Below are positions 1 to 14,024 of a stretch of DNA of 64,000 nt, piece by piece. The position numbers and the translations under genes were made by a program. Source of the stretch: Paragordius varius (lineage: Eukaryota; Animalia; Nematomorpha). Location: contig OZ176051.1 of assembly GCA_964247055.1 (NCBI GenBank), positions 11,656,001 to 11,720,000 of the forward strand. The letters are read 5' to 3'. The notes under the pieces were generated by a model, which saw only the letters and a list, made by a program, of their open reading frames with translations, searched no databases and had not been told where the DNA came from. Position 1 is the stretch's first letter, and every line of letters starts with the position of its first letter.

Positions 1-600
1 TAAAAAAACGTATCAGGGTTGTTGGAAACTTTTGTATGAGTTACAAATTTATATAGTTGAATACACTTCAATCATAATAACTCAAAATCAAAAACCAAAT
101 TTAACACGCTTTGTGTTTTTTTCATAATAGCTAAATGTTTTAAACCCGAACATTTTGCTTATACATATTATATTCAAAAAGCCAGCTCTCATAATCTGAC
201 ATATATAATGGGTTTAAGAGAATAAAAATTTAAAACAATAATATTATTAATACCACCTTTTCTCTTGAGTTAATTTTCAAAGCTTTTTATTGCATACTAA
301 TCCTGATGGGAACGGTTTAAATTTAATTATTATAGCTTAAATACTTCTGATTTCTATAATAAAAAAAGATTCAAATTTATTTTAAAGTATTTTCAAACAC
401 AATTAGGTGGCAAAAATAAATATGGTTTTTATCCTGCCTCGAAATGTTTCAAAATAAACATTCCAAATGAAATATCGGCCTTATATAAATATGATTAATT
501 TTTTTCCAACTAAATTTATTAAATAAATAAAAGCGGTTAAATGTAGTTTTTAGAGAAAAATCAATTTAAATGTGGGCTCAATTTTCCCATTTCAGATTAA
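1..600 (-). repeat. Degenerate, interrupted arm of the foldback family also at 35.9, 38.0, 39.1 and 45.4 kb
   Basis: 1-140 is the reverse complement of the arm end (aatcctgatacattttt, catttagct); 560-590 carries tttaaatgtgggctc, as at about 45566. Confidence 0.45.
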
Positions 601-776
601 AGTGAATATAATTTTGTTAGACCAGTAAATTCCCAATAAACACCAAAGCAAAAACTTCTTCTGGAGTAAATTTATTATATTAGGTACATATTAAACCATG
701 AACGAATGGTTATTTATTAGTATTAACTTTCCTATTAAAATAGACGATCCTTATTTCCGCACAAATTAAAAATTAC

Positions 777-3700
777 TTTCGTCCATTAATTTAATTTTGA
801 GGGTTAAAAAGGATCCCAGAGAAACAAATCCACTTATGAGGGGACCATCAGGCGTTTTTCCAACATGAATTGTCATAATGGGTTCAGGCAATTCTGGGAT
901 ACCCGTCAAAACACCGACCGTTGTTATCATACTAAATAAATAAAGAGATATATATTATTTTTATTCGAGTTTGACATAATAGATTGGGGATGGCTGTATG
1001 GAGTTTGTATTATTTTTATATATTAATATATATTTTTTATTAGATTTTTTATATTATCTTAAGTTTGGGTCAATGTGTGGTTCATCTAATTGTCATATTT
1101 TAAATAGAGAAACTAGAATTAATCGTAATGAATTGGTTGTTACATTAAATCCAAGTAAAAACAAAATGAATTAAAAAATCATTTGTTTTAGAAATTAATA
1201 ACATCTAGTTATACAGGTGATTTTATGAATTTTGGGAGTTTGTTCCATGATATTAAAACAAAAATTTTATTTTACATTGTACGTATCTTAGAATATTTTT
1301 AACAATTCTATATAAAATCTAGTAGTATTCTCCATAACTATCGACGGGTATTTAATATGTTTTTTTAACATAAAAGTGAACAGGTAATAAGTATGCGTTA
1401 TATGAAACTGATCAGTCATACACGTTACATTTTACACAAATTTTACAATTATTATTCAAAGCTGTTTTTGAATTTTAAACGCTCTTTTGAAATATCGCCT
1501 GTTGAAATACAAGCATTTAATTTATGTATTTCACTAAATATGCAAAATCTTAGCCATTTGTTAAACTAAAATACACCATGAAATTATTACAGGGTTTAAG
1601 GTTTTGGGTTTATTTTTCTTAATTTTTTTCGGTTGGTGGCTAAGTCAAAAATATTTAAATTAAAAAACTTTATTTATGACCCATCCCATTATTATTTAAA
1701 TATATAATATAATCTTGTTTATTTTGTCTCGTTTAAAATTATTAGTGTCTTTTTATAATTTTATGATGATAGGGAATATTTAATACCTGACATTAGCATT
1801 GGATGTTATTAATTTTTCTTGCAATGGATAATGACAATCCAAATGATAAGCTCTGTCCGACGATGTCACCAAAAGCGGATGGTTTTGCAATATGACAACA
1901 TTTCGAAAATTTATGGATCCATCCTCCTAAGCAAAATGAAAAAATAAATTAAAAAGAATAAAATAACGCATTTGGCAAATTTAAAATGTTACTTTATTTA
2001 ATTAAGGAATTTATGTATAAACGACTATGCTATCGAAATGTCCAATTGAAACGCTGACTGTTTGGTAAATGATATTTATTAATTATTACTATGCTATATC
2101 ATTTGTCATTTTATTTAATACAATACTATATTTACTTATATTTCCCAATTGTACCTCTTAAAACTATAATTTTTCGCTAAATTCATGATAGCACTGGTAA
2201 AATACCTAATTTTTTCATTCGATTGGCTTTTTTAGATAAAACATAGTTGTCTTTTTTAAAAAATGTTTTTATACATAGAACAAAATAGATATGAATTAGT
2301 AAAATATTTTATTATTAGGTATCGATATACTAATACAAATTGATAGGTAGCACAATTCATTGTAATCAATAATAGGTACAAATTAAAATTTCTAGACAAG
2401 AAGATGTTTAGATCAGTACACATGAATGTATTCATTATATGAGAGATTTATGAAATTTACAATTTTTAGCATGTAGAAAGGTCCCTGAACTTTGACAATA
2501 TTGTTTGATTCATGTTGAATTGTAATGTAAAAATATTTATAAAGCATAATTATATAGATAACTAAGTAACTTAACTATATAATATATTAAAGGTAAATCA
2601 TGTGTATACATCATCTTTCTGTTTATAGATTAAAAAAATGCATTATTTTTATTAAATCCTTTGTAGATAAAAAGGGAAACAAACCATTGTTTAATATTTT
2701 GAAATTCTTTAATCCGATCAAAATAGATTTTTTAACTCACGATATATATATTTTAGACATAATGAACTGGCAGCATTTACATACATTACCTAATGCAAAG
2801 TTTTGGTATAAAAATATTAATTTGGTATTTTATTTAGTTTCACTTTTATCATAATTGTCAGCTTTAAAAACTCGGAAACTTTAAATAAATTATATCAAAT
2901 AACATGAAATTATCTATACTCCTGTATGCCTTTTTCGCATTCTGCAATTGTACCTTAGATAACCTCGAATAATCAAATTTGTCATCATAGGAAAAAAATA
3001 ATTTTAGATGTAAATTATATATTGATATTAAAATAAGTCATAAAAAGCCGAGTCAACTAGATTTACGCATACTTTGCATGCTTTGTATTGTTAAATGTAA
3101 AATTCTTTAGACTCAATCCTATATAATTAACGTCTATAATATAAGGTAATAAAACTCATAAAAGTAAAAGTTTTACATCTAACATTTTATCTGATGATTA
3201 ATTTTGAAGGAAGATAAGAACGTTCGCCTCAGATCAAAAAATGAAATGACTTTAAACAATATTAGAAAATTTAAACAATATTGTTGTTATAACTTTTTAT
3301 TAAAAAAGTAATATATTTCCTTTTACCTTTGTATGTACGCTTTTGATGATAATTATATTATTATACCTCTGTGATTAGATAATCCAACTCAAAGAAAATT
3401 AATGGTAACTAATAATTCTGTATAGAAAACAATAAAGCTGACATAATATGTTTTTTAAATTACAGATTACGGACTTTGATATAATTTTTATTATAGATCA
3501 TGTTAATATCCTCTAAGTCTCATATGGCAAAAAATTTGTTTTTTATTTTAAACATGAAAGACACTGTAAATTAATTTTGCCATTAATAATAATTAGTTTA
3601 TTTAAATGGCAACAAAGGAATTCAATAAAATATTAATATAAAGTGTCTTTTTTCCTTTTTATATTAAATGGTAAGCAGCCCAGGGCTGACAGTGATAATG

Positions 3701-5044
3701 GAAAAATCGCGCAGTTTTTCGGGTTCTAACTCGGGCACGCCACACACAATGTAAGAGTCCGGCTCACTAACTTGCAAACCATCACGGCTTCCAAGAAAGA
3801 TATTAAATGTAATCGCTATGATTATAGAGCTGTTGTAAAAAAGTCAGATTCGATGTATTAACTGATGAAAACTGAAACTTTCGTAGCCACGTTTTTATTG
3901 ATGTTCACACAAATGGATCTGACTTAATATAAATATTTTCGTAATTGCTTTCGCGGAACATAAGCTGAGAAGACCTTACAACAAATATATTTAAATCCCA
4001 CCATATAGATAAAAGTTTTACTTCTGTAATATTAAATTAGCTCAAATTATTTCATTTTATAAGACAATCGCATACATCTGAGCGAAGAACCAAAAAATAT
4101 TAGCAATCAAAAGAACATACTTGTTGTATAGATATTGTTCCACATCCGTACAAAGGGACTCGATACTCTAACGAAGTGCCGCCGGTACCTCGGAATGAAC
4201 AGTTTCCTTCACCATGATTGTAAGCATTCTTAGGGTATAGGATGCCATTGAATGGATTTATCAAATCAAATATGAGTCTTATTTGATCAGCATCACATTC
4301 TATCCTTGGGTCCCCTTTAACAAATTAATAAAAATAATAAGTAAAAGCTCAATACATTATGAATAAAAATACATATCATATCAAATTTTCATTGAATCCT
4401 CCAAATAGCATTTACAATAAAAATCAGATTTATTGGCTAACATGGAGAAAACGGAGAAAATTTTTTGTATTTTTATTTAAGCCATTCCATTCCATTTCCT
4501 TTCTACTTATCTGCTATCTGACAACAATTAATACTAGCAATCTATTTTACATGGTTTAATTAGGTTAAAAAAATCGGAATTTGTTGGTTTATTTGCAAAA
4601 CTAAGGTTTAAAATATTTTTTTGTCATACAATGTACGTAAATTAATTTAATATTAGCAAAAGTTTTTAAATTGTTATATTAAGAATTGTGTGTGTACATA
4701 AAAAAGTAATTGATGAAAAGAATGTTACCACTTAAGGGAATTTGTGTTAAAGCAGTCCATGGGTCCAACGTGGATGTTGTGATTTGTTGTCCATATATAA
4801 ACTAATTAAATATATTAGTTTAATAATTAAAATAAATTATTTAATTAAATTATTTGCTCTTATTATTGGGTTAAATCAATAATAATATGGAAAAAGGAGC
4901 ACAAAACAAATATTAAAAATATCTTTTGTGAGAAATATTTTTACTTTTAAATCACTCTATACTTCATAAATTTAAATTTATTCAATAACACACACATACT
5001 TGGGCACCATATATGACTGAAAACAGGACACAAAAAAGCAACAT
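777..5044 (-). CDS. Secreted ZP-domain protein (cuticlin/dusky-like), 5' part; continues beyond the left window edge
   Basis: Five phase-compatible GT-AG exons: 5044-5000 (MLLFCVLFSVIYGAQ, signal peptide), 4801-4729, 4314-4121 (DPRIECDADQIRLIFDLINPFNGILYPK...NCSFRGTGG...LYGCGT), 1926-1787 (NFRNVVILQNHPLLVTSSDRAYHLDCHY), 931-777 (PEPIMTIHVGKTPDGPLISG...LGSFLTLKI). The four-Cys ZP-N pattern and the HPxxVTxxDRAYxxxC motif match cuticlin-type ZP proteins. Confidence 0.9.
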
Positions 5045-5984
5045 TTGTGATGAGGATAGGGTTTTAATTCAGACTAAGTCGTTATATTGTTTTACTATAA
5101 TAGAAAAATTAAAAGTACGGATAATTGGGAACGGATAAAATATAATGTTTAAATGACAAGTAATATATAAGTTGATGACATATGGTTGGTCGATTCCATA
5201 GGAGAAATAACTATAAATTTAAAAAATAAATATCCCTCGAAATGAAATTAACAAAATAATTTTTTTCGAGCCTTGTATTGCTTTTATAATAAAGTGGCTG
5301 TAGTAATAACATAACATTTTTAAAAAAAGTTCAATGAATTATATATTTAAATAATCTTTTTATGGTCAACTCTTTCATTTGTCATGGGAAATTTTTCTAA
5401 CGTTTTGAAACGTTTTTGTCAATTGATCGGATTAACCTGCAATCCTGATCTTATAACAACAATACAGGCTATATGCTTATTCTGATGTGTCGTTTATGTC
5501 GCATCCTTATTATAATTTAGGAACAAAATCCCTTATATTTTATTTCTCAAATTACATTTTTTTCTTAATCACCGAAATACTACATTACAAATATATTTAT
5601 ATATATCAAAATTACAGTTATATAGTAAATTGAGTGAATTCGTTCGGGATTATAATTATTATTACATAACAAAAGGTTAATTCGAGTGATCAAATACTTT
5701 TTGAAATACTTGTAAGACAACGAATTTAAATCTGTTTGACAATAAGTTCAATGACCATTTGTATTCATCAAGATTTATTTTAATAAAATTATAATTCTGA
5801 CGATATACTAAATAAACTGGAAATTAGATATGTTAAAATTAGTTTTTTAACAGATTTTCAAAATTTTATTTCTTAAATTATTTATAAATTAGGGATCATA
5901 ATATTTAAAAAATTTATTCAGCATACAAGTGTTTCGTAGGGGTCATAAATGCGCTTTTTATCGTAAACATGACCTTTTTGAACA

Positions 5985-7320
5985 GAAATCCATATATTAC
6001 AACTAAAATATAAAAAAGGAGATGTACTTCAATGCGAGAATTATCGGAACATATCTCTTATTAGCCACGCTAGTAAGGTCTTACTAAAAGTAATACAAAA
6101 CAGAATGCACAGTATCATACAGACAGAAATACCAGAAAATCAAGCCGGATTTATGAAGGGAAAAAGCACAAGAGATCATATCTCAAACATGAGAAGGATA
6201 ATGGAAACATCAAAAGAGTTCCAGAAAGAATTATACATGTGTTTTATTGATTACAGACAAGCATTCGATTCAATTAACTATGACTCCTTGTGGGAAACAT
6301 TAAAGTTAGTAGGGGTATCGTCTCACTTAATAAGATTGATTAGCTCTCTGTATGCAAAACAAAGAGCGATTATTAGAACACCAGCGGGGGACACAGACGA
6401 AATACCAATCTTGAAAGGAGTCAGACAAGGGTGTTGCTTATCCCCTTATCTGTTCAATATGTGCACAGAAATGATAATGAGGAAGTTGGATGGTAAAAAT
6501 ATTGGAGTAAGAATAGGAGGGAGAACAATCAATAATTTAAGGTTTGCAGACGATACCACTCTTATAGCTGAAAGTGCAAACGATTTGAAGGAATTGATTG
6601 AAGAGATTCGAAAGGAAAGTTTGAGGTATGGTCTTAGGCTTAATCCTAACAAAACCAAAATATTATGTACAGGAAAAAAGCCTACGATTATAATAGAAGG
6701 AGTAGAAATAGAAATAGTTAAACAGTTAACGTTTTTGGGCGCAATAATTTGAGAGGATGGGTCTTTAACTCCTGACATCAGAAAGAGAATAGGATTGGGT
6801 AGAGAAGCGATGACCAAATTAATAAAGATTTGGAAAAACAAAAGCGTAGGAGTTGAAACCAAAAAAAGATTACTCTACTGTTTCGTTCTCCCGGTCACCA
6901 CATATGGATGTGAGAGTTGGAATCTCAGAAAAAAGGACAAAGAAAGGCTCATGGCTTTTGAAAGGAGTTGCTGGCGTAGGATGCTAGGATACACCTGGAA
7001 GGATAAAATTAAGATGAAAATCTAACTACAGAAATAAAACCTAAAACAAACATCATGGAGATAATTCTAAAAAGAAAGTTAACATATTTTGGTCATGTCA
7101 TGCGATCGAATTCTCTGGAGAAAGATACAATGTTTGGGAAGGTAGAAGGGCAAAGGAAACGAGGCCGACCACCGATGAGGTGGTTGGATATGATAAAAGA
7201 AGAGACCAAAATGACACTGAAAGAGCTCAATATAGCGGTTAAAGATAGAAAAAAATGGAAAGAAATAGTTAAAACTATATCCAAAAAGTCGTTTACGACT
7301 TAGGAAAAACCAACCAACCA
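5985..7320 (+). mobile_element. 5'-truncated, inactivated RTE-clade non-LTR retrotransposon (reverse transcriptase)
   Basis: KKGD..C.NYR.ISLISHASK from 6012, QAGF, FIDYRQAFDS, GVRQGCCLSPYLF, RFADD, YGCESW, RKLTYFGHVMR, GRPPMRWLD. In-frame TGA at 6750-6752, 1-bp frameshift near 7012-7020, (AACC)n tail at about 7308-7320. No clear TSD. Confidence 0.93.
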
Positions 7321-10300
7321 AAATTCATGTTATGAAAATATTTTATGGATATAAATGTCAAATATGATTTTTAAAACTTTAATTAGCCTTCACTATCAAT
7401 AAATAGTTTTAACAATACTTTATACATTTTAACAATTGGTTGATTTAAATTATTTCAATATTTAAGACATATGTTTGTATTAGTTGTATTAATTGGCTGG
7501 TTTTGACCGTGACTGCATTCATACTTCGGTTCGATCGTTTTTACCCATATTAAAAAATTTAAATTATTTGTGTTTTTTTATAAACGATTTTTAGGTAAAA
7601 TATATTTTATTTCAAATTTTTTAATTATTTCATTATATATGGTATATTTTCTACAAACATTATAGATTTTTTCTAAGTTAATATTACGCTAAAACCTTAG
7701 TTAAATACATATTTTTGACTTAACTGTTCAAATAGTCCTCAATATATCACGGAATTTATTCTTTTAAGAGCATCCAGCATAAATTTTCCGCGCCGCATTG
7801 ATTTTAATGATTAGCTTAAACTGCGTAAAAAAATTAGTTATCGAAATTTACAATAATTATACTTTTTAGTGTTTTATTTTTTTCAATTAACCCGTTAGGG
7901 AAAATGTTACTAAAATTTAATTATGTTTGGAAAAATAAATGCCATAATTTATTCAGTAGCGAAACAGTATTTACACAATTGAACCGCTGAAATATACAAA
8001 TCTGATACCCAGACAATATATCTTTATTTAAACGGTATGTTAGAATTAATTTTAATTACATATGTAACTTTCACTTTTTAATGAGAATGTTTTAGTACGT
8101 AGTTCTTTTATGTCCCCAGAATTAATTTGGTGTCATTCGATTCGACAGCAATAAAATTTGTTTGTAATAAAAAGTACTTTTTTTATTGATACTTTTTATG
8201 GTTGTTTGTTATAACAAAATAAATCCCGTTCTTGTAACAATTTGTCAAACAACTTCTCTAGCTCATTCGATTTTGTAGAGTCAAATAAACTTTCTGTCAA
8301 ATTTATTTTAGAAAATTTATGTAGTAAATAATTTAAAAATTATATTTTAGTGATATAACACACCAATTTTTAATATAGTATTGACATTTGACATTAAATT
8401 AAAAATGTGGGTGGATTTTAAATATTTTGTGTGTTCTTTTCCAAATTTTTCAATATGTATTTGTAAGTGTATAATATTTTTTGAAATAATATCTTTTTTT
8501 TGTAATTTTAGGTATACCGTTTAAATGGTATGAAAAACGAAGGTCATACTTTCAATTTAATTTAAGATTAACTTTTATTACGTTTCGTATATGGATGTGA
8601 AGTTAATTTAATTAAAATTCTTCATATAATCCTTTTCAGGTGTGCGCAAAAATTAAAAATTTTATATAGTTTTTTAAAAAATGTTATCCATTGCATTATT
8701 TAAAAAATATGTAAAATGGGTGATTATTAATTATTTTTGGTTATTAATATTGTAGGAAAATTAGAAGAAAATTTTAAAATAGATTTGGGGATAATTTCTT
8801 AACTTATAATTATATTAACCATCAACCTTGGTCCAACATTTTTAGATAATTTTTAAGATATAATATCTAGAATTACCTGTAACTTGAATAAAATAGGATC
8901 AGATATTTTTTGAGAAAAAAAGGGTGGATGAAAAAACTGAAGGAGGGAGAAAATTAAAAAGTAAATGCCAAAATATTCCAATATAAATGGTATTCTTTAA
9001 ACAAAATGACTTTTGTGTCAAAAATGTGTATTCTTCGATGGATGAAAAAATTTGGAAAAATAAAAATGTTAAAAGAATCGATAGATATATGTGTTTTATT
9101 TAATGTTTATTTATATTGTATAATTTTTTTATAATTTAATTTTAATGTATGCGTGTGTACGTATATATATAGTACATATGATAGTTGAAATTTTATTGTA
9201 GTCAGTTTTGATAATAATATTAATAAAAATAATAATAATTTGAATTTACCTTTATATTTATATTTATATACAATTTTTCATAATATATACAACAATGTAA
9301 CTAATAAAAAAATTAAAAATTATAAGTTCACAAATAAGTAAAAGTAAAAACTTGATTTTAAATAAATTTATACATATATAAATATAAATTATTGTAAAAT
9401 TTTTATAATCATATCATCAGTTAATTAAAAATTCTTGTTGTAATATATATATATATTAATATATATTCAAAATGTTTTACAAATTTTGCTGTCTCATTAC
9501 AATATACATAGGTAGGTTAGGCCTAAACTAATAAAAATAATTTTATTAGTGATTAATATATATATATATAATTTATGGCTAAAGTTATGTTATGTATTCT
9601 TTTGTTATTAATTTTAATTGTTTTATATAGGCACTTGAAAAGTAATTTATTGATTAATATTAAAATCAATCGGATAAGGCATTAAGATGAGCTGAAAGTT
9701 TTTATTGTTACTATTTAATTTCATTCAATTTTTTAATGAAAATAATCAGAAAATTGGTTTACTTTTGAAATCATTTCATATCTGTAACTTTGTAGTAAAA
9801 TAGTGCTGGTTTATATTTTTTATTATATTTGGATAAAGGTATTGATTTTCACCATTTTAAAATGTACTTTCGATTTCAATTATTTCATCGTTGGTATGGT
9901 GTACTTTTTTAAACATAATAAGGTTCAATTATCATTATTTTTACAAAAAGAGGGATTTTAAAACTTTTAATATCACGAGATGAGTTAGGTACATATGTGT
10001 GCTTTGTTCAAAAAATATACAATATACTTTATGGATAACAATGTCCTTTTATCACATGCAGTATTAAAATGAAAATTTATCACAATGTATATAAATTTTA
10101 TTAGTTTAAAATTAGTTTTATTGGCATGTATTAATTTTATTAATTTAGATTATCAAACCGTAAGGTAATTATAATTTTTTTACTACACAAAGTACTAATT
10201 TCAAGTACAATCGGAAACAAATATTTTATAATATAATTTTCACTTTTTTTAATTCTATATATAGGATATTTATTTATTAATTTATACCTCTTGATAAAGC

Positions 10301-11237
10301 ATCAGTGCTAGCCAATGCGACGAGCAAATAAATTATGCTTTTTGAAATATACTATTTTAATAAAATCATTTTTTGTTTCATTCAAACCCTTTTCAGAGTA
10401 TATTATATTAATAAATATAAAAGAATGATGGGTTTAGACATATAGCTATGTAATATTCATAATTGAATTTGTAATATATTTGATTGTTTTGCTGATATTG
10501 TCGACTGGTCGGGCTGCATTTTAGCGGTCAGACGGTTTATAACTAATGAATGCATGTAATACATGTGTGAACGAGATAATTTATTTTTACGGTTTGATAA
10601 TTAAATTTTTTATATTCTTTGTTGATCAATAATAATCCGTAATAAATAGTTTTTAAGTATTATAAAGTTTCTTAATTGGAGTAGTAAATGTGTACGTTTT
10701 AAGCTAACTGACACCATGTCTTTTTGAGAGCATAAAAAATATTTTTATGGGCATTTTTAGGGTAGTTTTGTATCCCACAGTGATTTTTAATTGTATTCTA
10801 ATAAATATTGTGCCATAATCCATTTATTTAATTACTTGGTGAAAAAAATTTAAAGTAAAATTGCAAAACACATATCCAATTTTTTTCCCTCCTTTTTATA
10901 CGTCCCAATATCAAATGGCTAATACAGCTGAATAAATGTACCTAACGACCAAAATATGTAATTAATATATTAAAGCTCGTTTAATTAAATTGTTGCGGCA
11001 CATTTTTTAAATTTATTTATTTTAATGTATATTTCGGTTGCGCACTATCACAATCGGACTTCAGAAGTTAAAAAACCTAAAAATGAGCTTTTGTAGCTAC
11101 AGCAGGACAATGTTTTATAGATAATGACCAAAACATCTTTCATTAATTGTACAAGATTAAGCTTTAAATTAATAAATTACCCCAAAATATAATCGTTAAA
11201 CAAAGGCATAGGTTGGAAAAAGATATATGCACTAACG

Positions 11238-11522
11238 CAACACGCGGGCCGCTTGCGGCATAAATATTTTTGCAGCCCACGATAAATCTAAAACGTATTT
11301 ACATAATCTAAATAAATTTGATTTCTTAAACAAATTTTCCGATAAGTTTTTCGAATTTCGGCAATGAACTAGCAATTTTTTTTAAAATAAATTGCAATTT
11401 TTTCAGTCTTATGTTTAAAATCTAAAAAAATATTTTTTATTGCCCATATATTTTGCGAAGGTGGCCCATCGGATTTTTCGATCCAAAAGTGCGCCCACGA
11501 AGCCACGTGTTGAACACCCTTG
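11238..11522 (+). mobile_element. hAT-type MITE (Buster/Charlie-like) with a damaged left TIR
   Basis: 8-bp TSD cactaacg (11230-11237) / cactaacc (11523-11530); right end gtgttgaacacccttg; subterminal cgcgggccgcttgcggc shared with the 51795 element. Confidence 0.65.
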
Positions 11523-12780
11523 CACTAACCCAACATTGATGCATTAAAATATTAAACTTTAAGATGAATGTCAATATATACAAAATATAAAATGTGGATT
11601 CGAACTTAAGCTATTCCAAATTTTGTTTTAATTATATCTTATTATTATTTTCTTTTGTTTTAGTTAATCCATCGAAAAAGATACTATTATGTATCGAAAA
11701 TTTTGGATATAGTTTAATTAAATAAATTTTACGAGTATTAACATGAAATCGTTCTTGTTGATAATATTAATTATTTAGTTATTGACATAGAATATTATAT
11801 TATGTTTATAATACGCATAAGTAAGCAAATACCTTAATAGGGCGATCAGTAAACGCCTTGTTGGCGGCCAAAATTTTTAGTTTTTTAATTGTGGACTTAT
11901 AAACTAAAATTATTTATGACATCAAACAAAATATAGCATGCCGTAAATTTTATCAAGCATACCCATGTTTTCAAATATTTTATGGGTATAAATTTTTTTC
12001 TGATTGTGGACGTGAATGATCGCGTGGGATATTTGGTATTCTGATGGTTTGGTTTTATATAAAGTTTTTTTACAGATGACATGCTGCTTTCATGAAATGT
12101 TATAGTAAACATGACAACCTTTTTACAAAGTTTTTTTTATTTCTTACTACTTTTACGATGCCGACAAAACCATTTCAATGCCAAATATATGGTAGCCTTA
12201 AATTTTTGTTTAATTTATTTAGACAACATTCCGTATCAATGTTTTTAATAAATTATTTTACAACAAGGAAATTGTTTTTATGGCTCGAAATTTTAAGTTC
12301 AAAAATAAAAAAATTTAAATGAAAGTTGTTTAAACATTTATACCCAAATAATCCAAAAAATATTTTATTTTCTCATGACATTTTTGAAAAATAATGTCAT
12401 ACTATAAGCAATGAAGCAAACATTTTGGAAAAACCATAAAATTGGAGACAGATTAATAAAAATGTCACCAAAAGAGGGGAAAACATTCATTTTAAAGTAA
12501 TTAAAATTTCAAAAATTCTGTAATTATGACATTTTAATCGTTGAAGCAACATCTAAATTTATTTTTATATAATATTATATTTTTTAAGAATTATCTATTT
12601 GTTGCTATTTTTTAAATAAATTAGCCATATATATTGATGCAGGTTTAATAATCTTAAACGGAACTACAGTTGAAAAATTATCATTCATTTTAATTTTATA
12701 TAACGTTATTCTATAAATTCATTGAACTGAGAATAAGTACTTTTATTAACAAGATTTTATTTTTTTAAAATAATCTAAAG

Positions 12781-12926
12781 ATTTGAAGCAAAAATCTGGT
12801 GGAATAGTTTATGCTAAATCTAACCCTATTAATATTGTCAAAGTACAAACCTCTGATAAATTAGCAAACTCATTAGGTATTGGTTCAATGGACTCATATA
12901 AAGCTGATGCACATCATATGCATTAA
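12781..12926 (+). CDS. Candidate terminal exon of an unresolved gene
   Basis: Acceptor ctaaag, then an open phase-1 frame (x)LKQKSGGIVYAKSNPINIVKVQTSDKLANSLGIGSMDSYKADAHHMH*, GC-richer than its flanks. Upstream exons could not be chained with confidence. Confidence 0.35.
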
Positions 12927-14024
12927 ATTAATATTGAATATATAACAGTCAAGATAGTACATTTCGATAAATGATGTTTCACAACAATAAATTCGAAGTC
13001 AATTTGACCAAATTTAATTATTTATCAACTAATAAAAATTATTATCGTATTTATTAACATTAACATTTCTTTATTTGTCACCCTAGTGTGGATGGATATT
13101 GGTTTCAAAAATCATATCCTTAAAATTTAAAGCTTATTAAAATATTATTGTTGTGCGATCTCTTACATGCATTTCAGTTTGAGCAAGGGGATTAAACCTT
13201 ACAAAGTGTAAAATTAGAGATAATTTAAATTTAATATATCAAATTTTAATGATACAATGCTGGAAAAACGGGTTATCGACCGATGAAAATTTTTTTACTC
13301 TAGCATCAAAAAATCGCCATAAACGTAATCAATAAATGTGAACCACAATTATATTAAATAGAAATTTTTATTTTAAATATCTCTCTTTTTTTATAATATT
13401 TTTATTAAACGTAAAAAAATTAAAATCCTTCTGCGTTTCATTGCATTCCATTATATAACTTAATATGTCAAATATAAGCGACAACTATTATTTTTAAAAA
13501 CGGTGTTTTTTGGATAGAGTGAATTATGAACTTTTGGTTTGGGGAAAAATGAATAAACGGATACAAATAAATACAAAACACTAAACGTGCCAAACACCTG
13601 ACTCTCAAACCCTCATATTTTTGGTTATAATAGGGGACGGTCAATATTAATATATATTTTAATAGCAGGCCTTGTAACGCTTCGCTGTGACGTAGTCTCA
13701 CCGATAATTATTCTTAATAATTTGCAATAAATAGAGGTAATGGAGATAAAATAATGAAAAACATATTAAATAAAAAAAATGTCTTTAATTATTCTTTTAC
13801 GGGTTGCATAGGCTCAAATATTGTTTACTCTAAATTGACCATATTATAACTGTCCCTTATGAAAGTTAACATTCAACTATCATTGGATTTAATTTACCTT
13901 TTACGAAATTATGGTTAAAAGTTTAAAATGTGTTCAGACAGCTGGGATCAAGGGATATAAAAAGGAACTCATTTTTTGTCCCTTTTTAAAGGAAAGAAAT
14001 ACAAATTCGCCAGAAATGTGTTTA

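Noticed and set aside
3680-3830. GC-rich island with open frames on both strands inside a ZP-gene intron
   Set aside because: The ZP exons on either side join in phase without it, and no motif or repeat partner was recognised.
6446-7321. Minus-strand ORFs 6446-6862, 7079-7321 and 7093-7284
   Set aside because: Antisense shadows of the RTE reverse transcriptase.
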